Source: Nymphaea colorata (lineage: Eukaryota). Taken from it: a stretch of 64,000 bases of DNA. A model generated the notes under the pieces. It was not told the DNA's origin. It searched no databases and saw only the letters and a program-made list of their open reading frames with translations. The translations under genes were made by a program, and so were the position numbers. The stretch is taken from assembly GCF_008831285.2 (NCBI RefSeq), contig NC_045138.2:25854001-25918000 (forward strand), given 5' to 3'. Positions 1-14,063 of this stretch are shown in pieces (the first letter of the stretch is position 1; each line of letters starts with the position of its first letter).

Positions 1-494
1 CAGATTATGTGCCTGAGAGGTCTGTTCTATTTGTCATTGGTGGATCAGATAGAAAAACTATGGTTCATATAAAAAAACTATTGCATGCCATGAATTAGAA
101 GATGGTTGATGAATCTTGGCCGGCGTCGATCGGGATGTTTTGGGGTCTTCAGCTTCAAATTTGCCAATTTGATGGTGCATCCTCTCCCTACACCCACATT
201 TCACGTGTGAACTGCAAAAAAGTAACATAGTCCAAATTTAGTAACTTGCACTTGCGAAAGGCATCTGGCCAATCTGAAGTCTTCACATGAATCCACAGGG
301 TTCAGACAAAAACTGGTAAAGGTCCAACGGCTCCAATGCGACATCCATCTAGAGCCCATCAAAATCCAAGTCAGCCATGAACGATGGTTGTTTATGTTTC
401 CTTCTGGACTCCTGCTCATTTGTTAGAGCCCTTAAACCCAGTCAGTTTCTCATGAGTCTGAAACTTGCAAGGAGAGTAAACCCAGGCATCTGAA

Positions 495-609
495 CAGTGG
501 CGGAGCACTTGTGTAGGTGGCAGAACTTTGGGCACTATATGTAAATTTAAAGTCATAACAATGTAAGGTTAACATATTATATGAAATTTTTTTATGAGCT
601 CCGCTACTG
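495..609. mobile_element. Short non-autonomous hAT-like MITE
   Basis: TIRs CAGTGGCGGAGC (495-506) and GCTCCGCTACTG (598-609) match at 11/12. Flanking 8-bp near-duplication CATCTGAA (487-494) / CATCTGAG (610-617) is the TSD length typical of hAT elements. Interior is AT-rich. Confidence 0.75.
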
Positions 610-1625
610 CATCTGAGCCAAGTGGCTAACTGGGTACCAAGCTCAACCTACTTAGCTTGACGAACCTAGCTAGGTGAAGCCATGTAGTCAGAACCTAGTT
701 CAGTTAAGTAAACCTATGTTATCAATATCGCTCTGTGCATTGGCAGCCACAAAATTTCTCATTTTTAGAAGAAAACTTAAAAAAAAAGATTAAAAAGTTG
801 AAAAATAGACCGATAGGGCATGATAAGTAACAATAGCTTTAGCAACCCAATATAGCGCCAATTCTGTTGTTTTTCACTAGACTGAGGTGGACAAATATTT
901 GCCTTTCGATTCGGATCATAAGATCTGAAGTCCTTATTCAATCGGAGATTCCAAGTATCAGGTCTGAGGTTGCCGTGGATCTCAAATCGGGGATCCCAAC
1001 TGATGCTTTTTAAATTATAAAAATGATTCCAACCCCCAAGGCTTCACGACAGTGCGAGCCATAACCAAACCTTGAAAGTACCAACATGATCACCAAAAGC
1101 TTAAAAAGATTAGACAGATCTTTTCAAATTAATGTGGCTAATCTCATTAATGACCATGCTTTGCTTAACCTTATGAGAACTAAGTTCTCAGGTTCAAGAG
1201 AAAGGCACCATTTTCTTACATGATTACAAACATGGGAAAGTAATTTTCATGGCTGTAGAGAAGGAAGGGTTCAGGGTTCCAAAGATGAAAATCGGACGAG
1301 GAAAGGACACTAGCTGAGGAATGCAGGAAATAATTCTGGTTCCCTGAGGAAACAATCCAAATGCATTTCTTTATTAGTTCTGCAAAGTGATTGGTAAGAA
1401 ACAAAGATAAAACTAAGAAAGCATTCTCAAATTTAAAGAACCGAGAGGAAACGAGAATGAATCAAGACATATAACCTTGCATGGAGTGTTTTCATTTGAA
1501 TTAGAGGCCAGAGAGAAGAGAAGGGAGAGAGAGAGAGAGAGAGGAGCATTCACATTGAGTCTCCTGGGTAAGCTCGAGATTTTTTAACGATATCAAATTA
1601 CAGTAGCATTTCTAAACAGTCACTT

Positions 1626-4600
1626 TCACATGCTTTTTACAGCGTTTGCAAATTCGAGCAGATCCTCCAACTTGCCACAGATACCTGCAATCCGTCCACA
1701 ACCAACATTGAACATTTGATGAAGCTCAACAACAGGCCTAGGAGAGAAGCTGAAAATCATTACCGTTGGGAAGTGTTGAAGACTGGATTTCCATCGCATC
1801 CACCCCAGCATCTTCAGTTGCTTCATGCCTTGTAGGCCTGAGTTTCTCAAGCTTAGTACGTAGTTCAGCGGCAGTACTTAGCAATTCTGAAAATTGAACA
1901 CATGTAAGCAAAGAACACCCAGTATTTATGTATTTATGAATATCCAGTGAAAACCAATCCGAAAGCAATAGAACTACAATTGATGACGAAAAGCTCGTTC
2001 CCACATATACTACGAAAACTACTGTTCCATAAGACATGTCCAAAAATAATTAAAGAAATCATAAAATGGGTACATATTTGCGGTCCTGAAACCAAAACAA
2101 ACAAAGAAAAGCTAAAGATGACAGCTTAGATTCCTGCTGCAGAAAACTGCCATAATTTCTTATACACTCTGATAGTGGATAACAGGCTAAAGAGATCAAT
2201 ATTACTGTCCAGGAACATCATATCTTCAGAAGGACACCTACAGGCTGACGATCAATTCTTGGGACAAGAAACACAGACATTTTAAGCACCTCATCAGAAA
2301 TACAGAGAAGAAGAGTATCTTTTATTTCAACCATCCATATGTATGTTCAAGCATCAAGACAGACATTTGCAATCAGGCAACTAGTTGTTAGTCCAGAATA
2401 TTTGAAAAATGTTTATAGATCATGTTCTTACTTGTAATCAAGAGATTCAATATAACGCAGTATCTCCAAGTCATACATACCAATCAGCTGTCAATTTTTC
2501 CTCTTCAAGGCGTGAACAGATAATGGATGTATAAAACAAGTCTCCAAATACTTTTCACCGAGTTATATTGCTATAACTGGAACTTTGACCTTACATATTG
2601 TTTCAAAGAGGCTAGTACACATCTTCATCGCAATAAAGATGAAACCTTTGTTTAAGCAGTAGTTCCATCATACTCTATGGCCATTTCTCTCCTGCTTGCT
2701 AAAGTTACTTCTCACCGTTAAATATTGTAAAGAATTTGTGCTTCAGTTGCTTAAAATATTCAAGTAATATCTCTAACTTTTCACAAGCAGGATTTCCCAA
2801 AAAACAAAAGCACAAATAGGTACAGTGAATACGGAAAAAAAAGGTCCAACAGTTGTAGATAGAAAACATGTAGACGTTAATAAAGAACTGGAAATTCCAC
2901 CCTGGAACATCTTATCAACAGCATTCTCCTCCAATTCCTCTGCTGCCTCAGTTACAGCTCCAAGATAAGATCTACTTAAGCTGGACTGCTTCTCCAAAGC
3001 AGAAATCTCCTTACGCATCTCACCTGCTTCTCTTTCTGCCTGTAGCATAGAAGTGCAATGTAACAAATACGGGAAAAGCAAAAATAAAAAAGCACATAAC
3101 AAGAGAACTTACAAGAACAAGTTTCTCTCTCAAAGAATCTAACTCAGCATCAAGATCTTTGTTCCTGCATGGTTCACCTTGATGGAAGTCTGTATCATCA
3201 GAAACATCCTACAAGAGGGAAAGTCTTAAGAAATCCAAAAGGTCGCATCATGTAGATGGATGGAAAGGTGCTAAAATCAAGCTATCCCAATTGTATAACT
3301 ACAGAAAAGATAAAGCCCACAGTCCCATACACAGTCATAAACGTTATTCTTCGAAGTTTATGAAAATTTTGTTCGCTAAAAGGTCTTGGCAATTCAAAAT
3401 TTTAAAAGTATATAAATAATAAGTAAAATTTTATAAAGTTATGAGGTTTTACTAATTTTGTAAAATATATGGTATGCCTCTTATGCAAACACTCAAGTTA
3501 GCTCAGCACCATCATACAGATATACCAGTTTATAGACAGGTAAGATGAGCATTTCCTAGTAGCCATATACAAGCGTGTGGTTACTCTATAAATTAGTCAT
3601 TTCATCCTCCTTGAGTTTATAAAAAGGAAGAAATAAATTACTGAATTAGTGAAATCAAGGAAGATCATCACTAGTATAGTAGCTAATTCTACTTCGCTTA
3701 ATTATTTCTCTGGTCAACTCTAGCTATTCCCCTTACCCATTTCAAGTCCACCAAAACAAAAAAGATACTTTTGCAAGCTAACGTGAACAGATTTTTGTGT
3801 AAGATCTACCCTTTCTATCATTCTTTTACAGACATCAAAGCCGTCCACCCAATGATTATTTTTTAACCCTTTTTAGCCCACAGAACTTTATAACACATTT
3901 AAAATCAAAGAAACTTCTGGGGCTTCTGATAGATCTCAGGTAATAAAAAAAATATCCAAAATTCGTTTAGTAGACCAAACATCTATATCACTAGGTGAGA
4001 AATATATCAATTCAAAATGGAAAACTTTCACTAAAAGCCTAAAACTATAAATTGTTCGTATTGATGCAATGGCTTGTTTAAGGGTGAAAAACATCAAATA
4101 TAAATGGAAAAACAGTTTGTGCCTGTGGTATATATCACGTACCCTTTTGGGCAATGAGAATCCTTCTGGCACTGAAAAACAGTGGGTGAGACAATACTTT
4201 TCCCATATACTCAAGTGCCTGTTCAAAGTGGATTGAATGAAACGCTTAACTGCTGAAACTCCCTGCAAGATAAGAGCCATCAAATCTAATCAAAAGAAAA
4301 CAACTTTACCACATTAACATGACAAATTACCATAATTTGAATCAAAATGTCAAACATTAGCATGAAATGTGATTCAAATAAAAGCACATGCAAGCATTAG
4401 ATGGGTTATAGTTCAGATGAAATTGCAGTTGAACTAGCAGAATATCAAACCAACAGAGAAAATGTACGCATATAAATCAAAAAACATAAAAATATGTTGC
4501 ATGAAGCCCCATCATCCGGTAGCTATGAGATATAAAATGTTGGACAGTACGTGCACACAAAAAATGCACTGAGTGATTATCTTACCATGACATTTAACTT

Positions 4601-5298
4601 TATGCAAGTTTCAACGGTGCAAGAATGGATAAACCCAAGCAGTTCTTTTAGACAATCCCCAACGATTACAAAATTTGTGCTAGTGAGGAAAACTGTGCTG
4701 CTCCAAGAGCATGATGAGCAAATGGGAACAGTTCAAGCTCTCAAGAATCACATGCAAGGTATAAAATGGTAAAATTGAATACTCTGACTATGTCAGAACG
4801 CCTTGCGGTTCACCTTGCGGTTCACCAAATAGTATGACTTCCTCCGTTCCAACTAGCCTTATATTAGCATTAACGTTCTTTTTACATATTTATATGCCAC
4901 TCAGATTGCGATCAGAAACACGCGTTGGCACCCAGATTGCAATCAGAAGAACACGCATTGGTAATCACAAAAATTGGTTTTATCGCTTAATCAACAGCAT
5001 ATCCTACAGGTTAGAATACGTACCTTGCTTAACTCAGCCAATTTACTCTCATCACTGACGCCCAAAATGCGAGCTGCTTCACTGCAGAATCCACCATCAA
5101 AAGCAAGAACCAGAGAAAGAGATGTGACATCCTGAAACTGATTTTTATCAAAAAACTGAAAAATGTTGAGCCCCACCTCTCGTAGAATTTGAACCCGCCA
5201 TCAACAATGTCATCAACTGAATTGAGAACCTCGTTAACAAAAAGCTGCGGATTTACATTGAGAGAATCGAAAACGGCCTCGCTCTTGGTTCCCTCCAT
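1626..5298 (-). CDS. MIS12: Kinetochore protein MIS12 homolog
   Basis: Seven GT-AG exons join in frame: 5298-5177, 5081-5024, 4262-4143, 3208-3113, 3039-2901, 1886-1764, 1684-1626. Product MEGTKSEAVFDSLNVNPQLFVNEVLNSVDD...WEKYCLTHCFSVPEGF...DLDAELDSLREKL...GKLEDLLEF matches plant MIS12 as I recall it. An alternative in-frame ATG lies at 5316. Confidence 0.93.
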
Positions 5299-7360
5299 AG
5301 CCACTAAACCTTGCATTTCCCGCTAAACTATTCGAATCAAGAAGAAAAGATGGAGAAAGAGAAAGACAAGCAGAGTCAACAAACCTCAACAAGCATATCC
5401 AGCGCAAGACATATAAAAGAGAAAAATCCACGTAATTCCTCAAAATCCTAAATCCCAATATGCGGAAATCAGAAAGAAATCAAACGACCAGACGGCACAA
5501 AATCTCCAAAAAGGTGAAGCAGAGAGTTCCAAAATCGAACTGAACAACGGATCTCTCCAGAGACCATGAAGAGATGTGGACGACTGGTGGAGAAGAAGAG
5601 GGGAATTCATTCTTTCTCGAACAGAGGAGACGGTTAAAGAACGGGAGTATTTTCCCTTCATCTACCGACCTCATCGAATTCCTGGGCAAATCCAATTTCC
5701 GTGATCTACACATCAGAGTACCCAGAGACGCACCTCTTGCTTCGCTACCCAGAGAAGCAGCAGCCAGCAGCAGCACACATAGAGAGAGAGGGAGAGAGAG
5801 AGAGAGAGAGAGAAAGAGGAGCCGGGGGAGGAAAGCTGGAAGGCGGGAAAAATGGAACGTTTCGGCTGTGAACGGTTCGGATTTGTGCCAAGTTTCCAAC
5901 CCGGAACGAACCTCATTTTCCAGGTTAAAACGAAAATGTTACCGGATATTGCCTGTTCGACCCGAACCCGACCTGTGACGTACACTGGGCCAGGTTTGGA
6001 TCATGGGTTTCTTTGTAGGTTGGAATTGTGGAACTCTAGAACTAAAATTTTCATTTTGATGAAATGAGAATTACATTCTCAAACAAACAAAAATTAATTC
6101 CAGAATTATAGGTTCATTCTTGAATCAAAGTTTTAAACTATGTTTCTACCATAAGGGGTGGAAGTGTAATTCTAGAATTTTAGAAGTTTTTGTATCTCTT
6201 CTTAGAACACATGTCATAATGGTTTTAATTCATCAATTTAAAAATTTCAATTCATGTTGATCAAACACATCATCTTCAATTCTGAAATCAAGATTCTGGA
6301 CTGTTATTAAACACAAAGACAAACTAGAGCTATAATTTTTATTCCAAATTCAATTTGAGATGAAATTTTGATTCGAAAATTTTAATTTTAAAATCAAAAT
6401 CCAAGACCATCAAACACCCATTAAAATATTGCTTAGGTTTTTCAACTTCCTCCCTGCTCCTGCGATAAGTTCGGGTTTTTGTCGATAACCCGAACCTGAG
6501 TTTCAGTTGCGGGATCTTAGATGCTGACCTTAATGCAATTTCATTTTGCATGTTGTCCTGTCAACTTATAGTCCATGATATGTACTTTTTTGTTGTTAAT
6601 TGTTAGTATATTGTATAGCTTTGACATATTCTAAATGTTCTGATCTTTTAATTCATGAAGGCAGCCTATGACTTCTAGTCATTGATATGTCTAGCTTCAA
6701 AGGGACTTCGCTGCATTTCTGTTGTTAATGATCTTCTCCAATACTTTTCTGTTCATTCTGTCTTCCATAGTTTCCTTCTTCTGTCAGTGGCTGCTTTTTG
6801 GGTCGTCGTACTGGGTTGCTTATTTCTGAGACGGTGAGAGGGACAGTAAGATGCAGTTCCTCAGTTCAGAGGAAATGGGCAGGTGGAAAGTTACTCGGGA
6901 ACAGCAATTTGTGGAAGACATTCTTTTTTACTAGGATCCAGCCAGCTCTAAATCCCTCAAAATAGCCGTCGGCGAACTTCTAAAAAGGGTCCATCTCTGA
7001 TTCTGAGATATATTAGCATTCTGCTGGTTCCAAGTGCTTCTGGAGTTCAAGCTGGAGGCTGTCCATCAATTGGAGAGTCCCTTACCACTTCTCTACTCTT
7101 GGATTTTAGCATCCATATTGATGATAACAATGATTATACTGGGCATTCTAGGTAATACATGTGGAAACTCTGTACATGAATTATTATGACAGGTACAGTT
7201 GGATTTTAGTGTTTGTGGTGGTCATGAGGGTACAGTAGGTAGGTACTTGGTCTTCATTTTATAAAATGACCCGTGTGCATGCCATGTTCCAGAGTTCTTC
7301 TATGCCTACGCAAGATTGCCATACTGTTGTTTGGTGCTGACATTGTCAGTGGTATTATTG

Positions 7361-7920
7361 ACTTCCAGTCTTCCCCTTGGCGGTCTCTAACATATTTTGA
7401 GGTACATGGAAGGCAAAAGAAAAAAAATGCCTGCCACTGATATGATCTCAAATAAGGAACCAAACTACTTCTTGACACAGAATTGTGTCATGATTTCCTG
7501 GCCCACATCATACTCTTACCTTCCTTTTATAATTCTTGTTATAAGGCTAACATGTGTTGGACAATGCTTCTCTGCTAGATGTTGTATTCTAATAGAGTTG
7601 CCCGTTACCTCAAATTGCTTCCAGCCATGGTAATGGATCACTTCCAGTCTTCCCCTTGGCGGTCTCTAACATATTTTGAGGTACATGGAAGGCAAAAGAA
7701 AAAAAATGCCTGCCACTGATATGATCTCAAATAAGGAACCAAACTACTTCTTGACACAGAATTGTGTCATGATTTCCTGGCCCACATCATACTCTTACCT
7801 TCCTTTTATAATTCTTGTTATAAGGCTAACATGTGTTGGACAATGCTTCTCTGCTAGATGTTGTATTCTAATAGAGTTGCCCGTTACCTCAAATTGCTTC
7901 CAGCCATGGTAATGGATCAC
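7361..7920. repeat. Direct tandem duplication, 279-bp period, two copies
   Basis: 7361-7641 recurs at 7640-7920. ORFs 7397..7633 and 7676..7912 translate identically. AC microhomology at the junction. Confidence 0.97.
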
Positions 7921-8651
7921 AGGAAAGCCAAGTAATAATTACTTGAACTGTAACATAAAAAAAATAATGGTGTTTTAATGAGATCTAGTATTTGCTATCC
8001 TCCAGTTTATATTCTTCATTTTTATTCGTTGCTTATCCTTTCCCAATTGCTTTTAGTGTGTTCGTAGTGCATACTAGCAACACCAACCATACAAAAGCAT
8101 ATTTTTCATGAATATTTGCAACTATCTGCAGATATGCTATGAGTTGTTCAGCAAATGATTTGAAGAGAGTCCAACTCAGTTGAAGACACGGGTCTTGGTT
8201 CAATACAATTCAAGATATAGGTCTTTATATTGATATTGATTTCCTTTTCTCCTGAACCAATTGAAAGAGAACTTGACAGTATTGCATCTGGCCTCTTCTC
8301 TTTTGCTCAAAGCTCTCAAATCCAAAGGAGACCTATAGTGTTCTGAAAAAACTTTTAACGATAGCTTCGGGTCTCAAATTAGAGGCTGATCTGAAATCCC
8401 TTTCGTGTGAGATCAACAGAATAAACAAACACCCAATTTCACCACTGTAAAAATGAGGATTTGACATCCTCAGTATGTCTTATATCATAGAGAAATGCAT
8501 ACAAGCTGTAGACCTCATGTCAGCTAGTTGCCTTAAGAACAAAGTAAGGAAAACTGGAATGAAGCATCTACTCAATTAAAGTTAAGATCCCTCAAGATAA
8601 AACTAATTGAAGAAAGCAAACATGAGAAAAAGGAGATACAACACAAGCTCC

Positions 8652-11600
8652 TTAGTCCTCCTTGTCAGGTTTGGTCTCCTTGACCAAACCAGTCGTGGCT
8701 TCGCTGCTTGATCCAGCTTGTCTGCTTGAAGGGGCTTCATCCTTGTCAAATCCGCCTATGCTTCGAATCAGCATCACAATAACCACGATAAAGATGATTA
8801 AGTAAACGGTATTGATGCTGATTAATGAATTTATATAACCAATGAATGAAGGGCCAGCGAAGGTCTTCTTGACAATTCTTCCCTCCCTATATCCTTCAAG
8901 AAAACGACTTATTTGAGATCCATGATCCTCATCAACAAGACTTTCAGAACCCTCAACCTGTATGCAAACATCCAACAGAAATCAATCTCCCATCCAGGAA
9001 CCAAAATCACTTACCCGTTCCAATAGAAGAACACAGACCAGTTCAAGCTTCTAAATCTAACCTGTGACCCATGTCACACAACTTTAATTATTACAGAAAG
9101 AATTGCAGCTAGGATATTGTCATTTTTCTATTGTGTGTTCATCGCATGAAGTTTATGATGATACTGCATTCTAATGGCATTTAAAGGCACTTAAGCAGTC
9201 CAGAGGGACAGATGAAAAATTGCACACTGGAATACAAATGACAGAACATGAAAATGGATCTTATAAATGATTGCATGTAGAAGGCAAGGTAGCACATTAT
9301 CAAGAAGAGCTAGTTTACTAAGCATGTGTCACCGTTGCATTATCAAGAAAAGCTAGTTTACTAAGCATGTGTCACCGTTGCATTGTGGACAATTACCAAA
9401 TATGTACATGGATGCATGCTAAGCTCACATTTTAGTGGACAATTTATCAGAACGGAAAGCTTCCCGATCAATGGTGACGAACCTGCTGTACAACAGAAAG
9501 ATTGTTGAAGAATAGATGTGGTTTGCAGACGAGCACATGAAGCACCAGTTAGGAAGCTAATGAATACAATCATAGGGCAAACTTAAGTGGCTACTGAAAT
9601 CAAAAGCTATTGCAACCTAAACACAGAAGCCACTAAACATACAGATAAAATAGATAAGTGAAGAAACGTGATTTAGAAAATATGACAATATGACATCAAT
9701 AGACAACTGTCTCACAAAAGATGGCAGCAAAATTAGACATAAAACAGGAAATGCATAAACAGCCAACTTGTCCGCTTAACATTAGACAAGAAGACGCATA
9801 GAATACTAGTTTACTGACGATCCCCAATGCGCATCGCTTAACCTGTGACAAAAAGGAGCAATGCTCTTCATAACGTTTTGAAGGAAATCAATTGCAATTG
9901 CTATCGGATGTCTCCAGTCAAAATATGTGAGAGAATTACAATTGCAGGATAATAAACTAAGCAAAAAACTAGAAAAACATCACTCAGAAAGAAAAAAAGA
10001 ATGTTAATGTTCACTTTCTGCAACAACCTTTTTAATTTATCCTTTTTTTTTTTTGAATTAGCTCACAATTCTTCCACAAGTGCAAACAAGTTTTTTTTAT
10101 GAAAAAGACAGACGATTCTTATGGTTGGTGTGAATTGCTTTAAAGGTTACCGAATTGCAGGTATATCAAATAGTACACAAGCAAAAAAAAATTGCAGTAG
10201 CCCACTTCAAGTACAATGCAACAAGACATGATAACAGGTAATGGATATATGTCCCTATCTTCAGAATAAAGACAAACTATGAAACAACCTTTACTCTTAT
10301 ATCATACTTACGGAATAATATTCTTCCTTGCCATCCCAGACAACCATTCTCGGTAAGCTTGTCCACCTGTTGACATCAAATGCTTCAACAAAACCTTCCC
10401 ATTGCTCCCACCCCACATAGGCAAATATAAGATCACGATTTGCAGATGCAGCAGCCCTCAACATCTTGATTAATTTAATAGAATTATCTTCAGAGTCATC
10501 CTTCATAATGGTCAAAACTATCTTCCTGTCATCATCTTTTAGCAGCTTAATGGTGTCAAAATTCAAGGATAGGCAGAGGGGGAGGAGACTCTGTTTGATG
10601 TAATCCTCCAAGAACTTATCTAGAAATGACGGAAAAGAAAGTCCGAATCAGCAATAAGTAAATTGCTTATCTCGTAATCATTACAAAAATGCATTAGCAT
10701 TTAGGAACCAGTGCAACTAATTCTAAGGCATTCCTTTGGAGGTAGGCCTCAACAGTAACATGTGCTGATTCTTGAAGCAGGTTTGACAATAACATGAACT
10801 GATTCTTGAAACAGGTCACCAAAAGATGAGCAAGAAGGAGGCTATAGCATGCACATGCACATGTTCGAATAAAACATTCTTGAAACAAGTCTCTAAATAT
10901 GAGTGAAACTGAGGTCACACAGCACGTGAAGCCAAGATAAACGTGAATATGTAGAACATTTTAAATGCAAAAAAAAAGAATACCAAAATAGTTCAACGGA
11001 CAGCAAAACAAATCCTTACCTTCAAAGGGCCCATAGAATACTCCCATCTCATTATATTTAGGATGAAGGGAAACCAAAGCCGGGACCTTATCAAAATCGT
11101 ACTTTACCATAACATCCTCCGAGAAATTCTTAGCAATGGAAAACCAGGCTTTTTTCTTGTATTTCATGGAAAATCCTTCTATTAGTGATTCATTGAGCCC
11201 AAAGCCAACGAATATAGGGAAGTATGTCCCAGCTGCTTCAACAAAATTGCTGATATCATCATCAGATTGAAGAATTGAAATATCCAGTGCCACAAACTTC
11301 TTCAGGATACGCACAAGCAACTCTGACTGGCGTGGACCAGTATACTCCATTGGCACACCATGAATAAAAAGCTTGAGAGTTGGAAACCCACTGCATTAAA
11401 AGAAAACCTTTTAGATACAGTCATGCCTGTGCTCAATGTAATCACTAAAATAATGCAAAACACAGTCCCTCAAAGCAGGAAAATTCATTGATAACACAAA
11501 ATCCAAAAAAAGGTCTGGAACACAAACAAGAAACTATTTTAATATGGAAAACAGCTGAAAACAGTAGTGAAGCAATAGGTCTGAAAAGCACCATACTCGA

Positions 11601-13327
11601 CATCAAATTTTGAAGCAAGATTTCTGTATTTGTCAGCATTTACTTTAGCAACTGCAATTGGTCTCTCCAAGCCTGCTAATATTGGTGCAGCAGCATCTAA
11701 CTGCCAAAAGGACAATAGAAGCATCAGTTTTAAGGAAAGAAAAAGATACACATCGACAAAAGAAAGTCAAGATATATATACAGTTATACACCAGACAGAA
11801 ACATACAGTAAGCAATAGAAAGAACAGGTACCAAAATGAACTGAAAATGGAGTGTAGGACAACTATTCCCAGCAATGCATAGCAAAAACCATAAAACACT
11901 TTTGGAACTACAACAATCCAGGCAGTAAATAAAATATGAACCAGAAAGACAAACGGATTTCTCCAATATGTAGTGGAATCAAAAGAAAAAAATTGACCAT
12001 AAATTGTTAGGTAAAGAATTCATAGCCATTATGTGGAGGACGTGTAAAGTTGATCTATTTAAATTCTAAAAATTCTATGAACTTAGGAAAAGAGAAAATA
12101 GTTAGATTCTCACTTCTCACCATTTTATTTTCTAGCTCCATTAGGTCATCATGACAAAGAACATGTAACTTCTCAAGTCAGCGCTCATTTGATGGATGCA
12201 TTGGATTATATTAGCAACCAGCTGCTTATAACAATTAAAGCATCTTAATGAGCTCATCTACATCCACCAAGTCCAGGTGGCTGGGGTGGCATCCACAGGT
12301 GCATATCTATTTGTAATTTGAGCTAGAAAATTAGTTGAGTAATTCTCTTAACTCCATCAGAGTGCATTTGTTGTTTGAGTAAAAACTTGGTTTGGTAACA
12401 GACATATAAGGCCTATATAAATGCTCAAGTAAATATATGTGAGACATATTGTGTGTGCCTCATGTCTAGGGTGATAAAGTAAGGAACCTAGTAACCTTGG
12501 GGGTTACTAATACATGATGTGGGTAACTTAAAGCATGTTGCTGTTTAAGTACCTTCTTTAGAAGTTTGAAAGAAATCCAAGAAAAATTCTAGAGTTTTGT
12601 TCTAATTGCTCTCTTGCATATCTGCTGTTCAGCAAGACCTAGATCACAGTTTACCAACGCTTGTTCCAACTCTTACACTGCATATGGTTACTATAAAAAC
12701 ATTGAGATGATCAACATATATTTTTGAATTCTGCAACCAATGCCCTTCTAAAACATTAAACTAATCATGCCCCATAAATGTTCAATTGCCCTTCCTTTAT
12801 TTAGAGTCTTGGAACTTGTAGAAGCAGGTTTAATCAACCATGTAGTGTTCCTAAGTCCTAACAATGTAAAGTTATGTTCCATCAAAGCCACCACCTAAAA
12901 GCAACCAGAGGTTAAATTCTGGAACAATTTGTTCAAAGGACAACTTCGTAGTGATTTTGTATTTGCTTCGTAGTAAAAGTATAATAGCCTGTTCTCTTCC
13001 TAAGAAAACCTCCGACTTTTTCTCTTTATGATTTCAGTTTCCTGCTTGCAAGTTTCCCAGTTTGGATTAAAATCCATGCTATTTGCAAAGTTATTCGCTG
13101 AGTGTACCTTACTGTACACGCACATAAACCTTGATCCTGGTTCAAGATGGACCGCGTAAGCATGCTTTACCCGAGCAATTTAGATATGATAAATGATAGC
13201 ATTTTTTGCAGAAGAAATTAGAACCATAGACATGGATTATCAGGGACGTACTTATAAAACAGATTTCACAACCTACCAAGGTTATGGACCAGATTTGCTG
13301 ATTTGGCTTAGCTAAAAGGAGATATTA

Positions 13328-13404
<77 letters not shown>

Positions 13405-14063
13405 GTACAATTTACGTAAACAGGTTGCTCCAGGAAATTGAAAACACACAAAAGGGGAAACGATATAAGACCATAAGGTCTAAGGTGCCACTGAAACAAA
13501 TCAAAACTAATTATTAATTCTAAAGAACCTAAAGAATATGCAGTAGATGTTAGAGACAAGAACAATGAAGCAAGTCAAAGAAGTCGCACAGGAAAAAATT
13601 ATCATTGGATGCCGAAGTTCTTCGAATTTAAAGTTACAATCCTTAAAGTTACAATACAGATGGAAAGAGGGGCTTTTAGGGATCTCAATTTGCCCCAATC
13701 CCTTCTCCTTTCACTCGCAGATCAAGATCGAAAAAACACGAGAAAGAAAAACCAAAATTCATCAACTCAGGGTACTAAAAGCAGAAGGGCCAATGAGTTG
13801 TAGATAGTTTATTTTCGTCTAAAGAGAGGGAGAGATGTGACCTCTGGGGAGAGCCGTTTGCAATGGCCACACCACGGGGCGTAGAAATCGACGAAGACGT
13901 AGTCCAAAGAAGAGATGGCGGAGTCGAAATTGGATTCATCGAGTTCTAAAACACTACCATCTATCTTGAACTGATCGGAAGCGCGGAGAGCAATCAACTG
14001 CAGAGCACCAACCACGACGAAGGTAACCCACGTGAAAGAAGAATAAGAAGAAGAAGGACCCAT
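8652..14063 (-). CDS. PDIL5-2: Protein disulfide isomerase-like 5-2 (PDI8 type): single WCGHC thioredoxin domain, C-terminal TM helix
   Basis: Exons 14063-13842, 11700-11597, 11390-11020, 10619-10312, 8957-8652. Signal peptide, VFVDFYAPWCGHCKRLSPE, AKVNADKY...DGFPTLK, b/b' domains, hydrophobic segment TVYLIIFIVVIVMLI and a C-terminal KPDKED* tail. Confidence 0.92.
9295..9384. repeat. 43-bp tandem duplication in the last PDIL intron
   Basis: CATTATCAAGAA(G/A)AGCTAGTTTACTAAGCATGTGTCACCGTTG occurs twice head-to-tail with one mismatch. Confidence 0.9.
12195..12680. mobile_element. Possible degenerate solo-LTR in PDIL intron 1
   Basis: LTR-like composition, with CCTATATAAATG at about 12412 and a ...GATCACAGTTTACCAAC-type end. 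No clean TG...CA termini or TSD were found. Confidence 0.3.
13332..13402. repeat. (AT)n microsatellite, about 35 units
   Basis: Uninterrupted TA run in PDIL intron 1. Confidence 0.98.

Noticed and set aside
5440..6067. Several overlapping 70-139 aa ORFs upstream of MIS12
   Set aside because: They are explained by GC-rich promoter/leader sequence and GA repeats, and contain no recognisable domain.
7397..7912. Two identical 78-aa ORFs
   Set aside because: They are a by-product of the 279-bp duplication, with non-ATG starts and no protein features.
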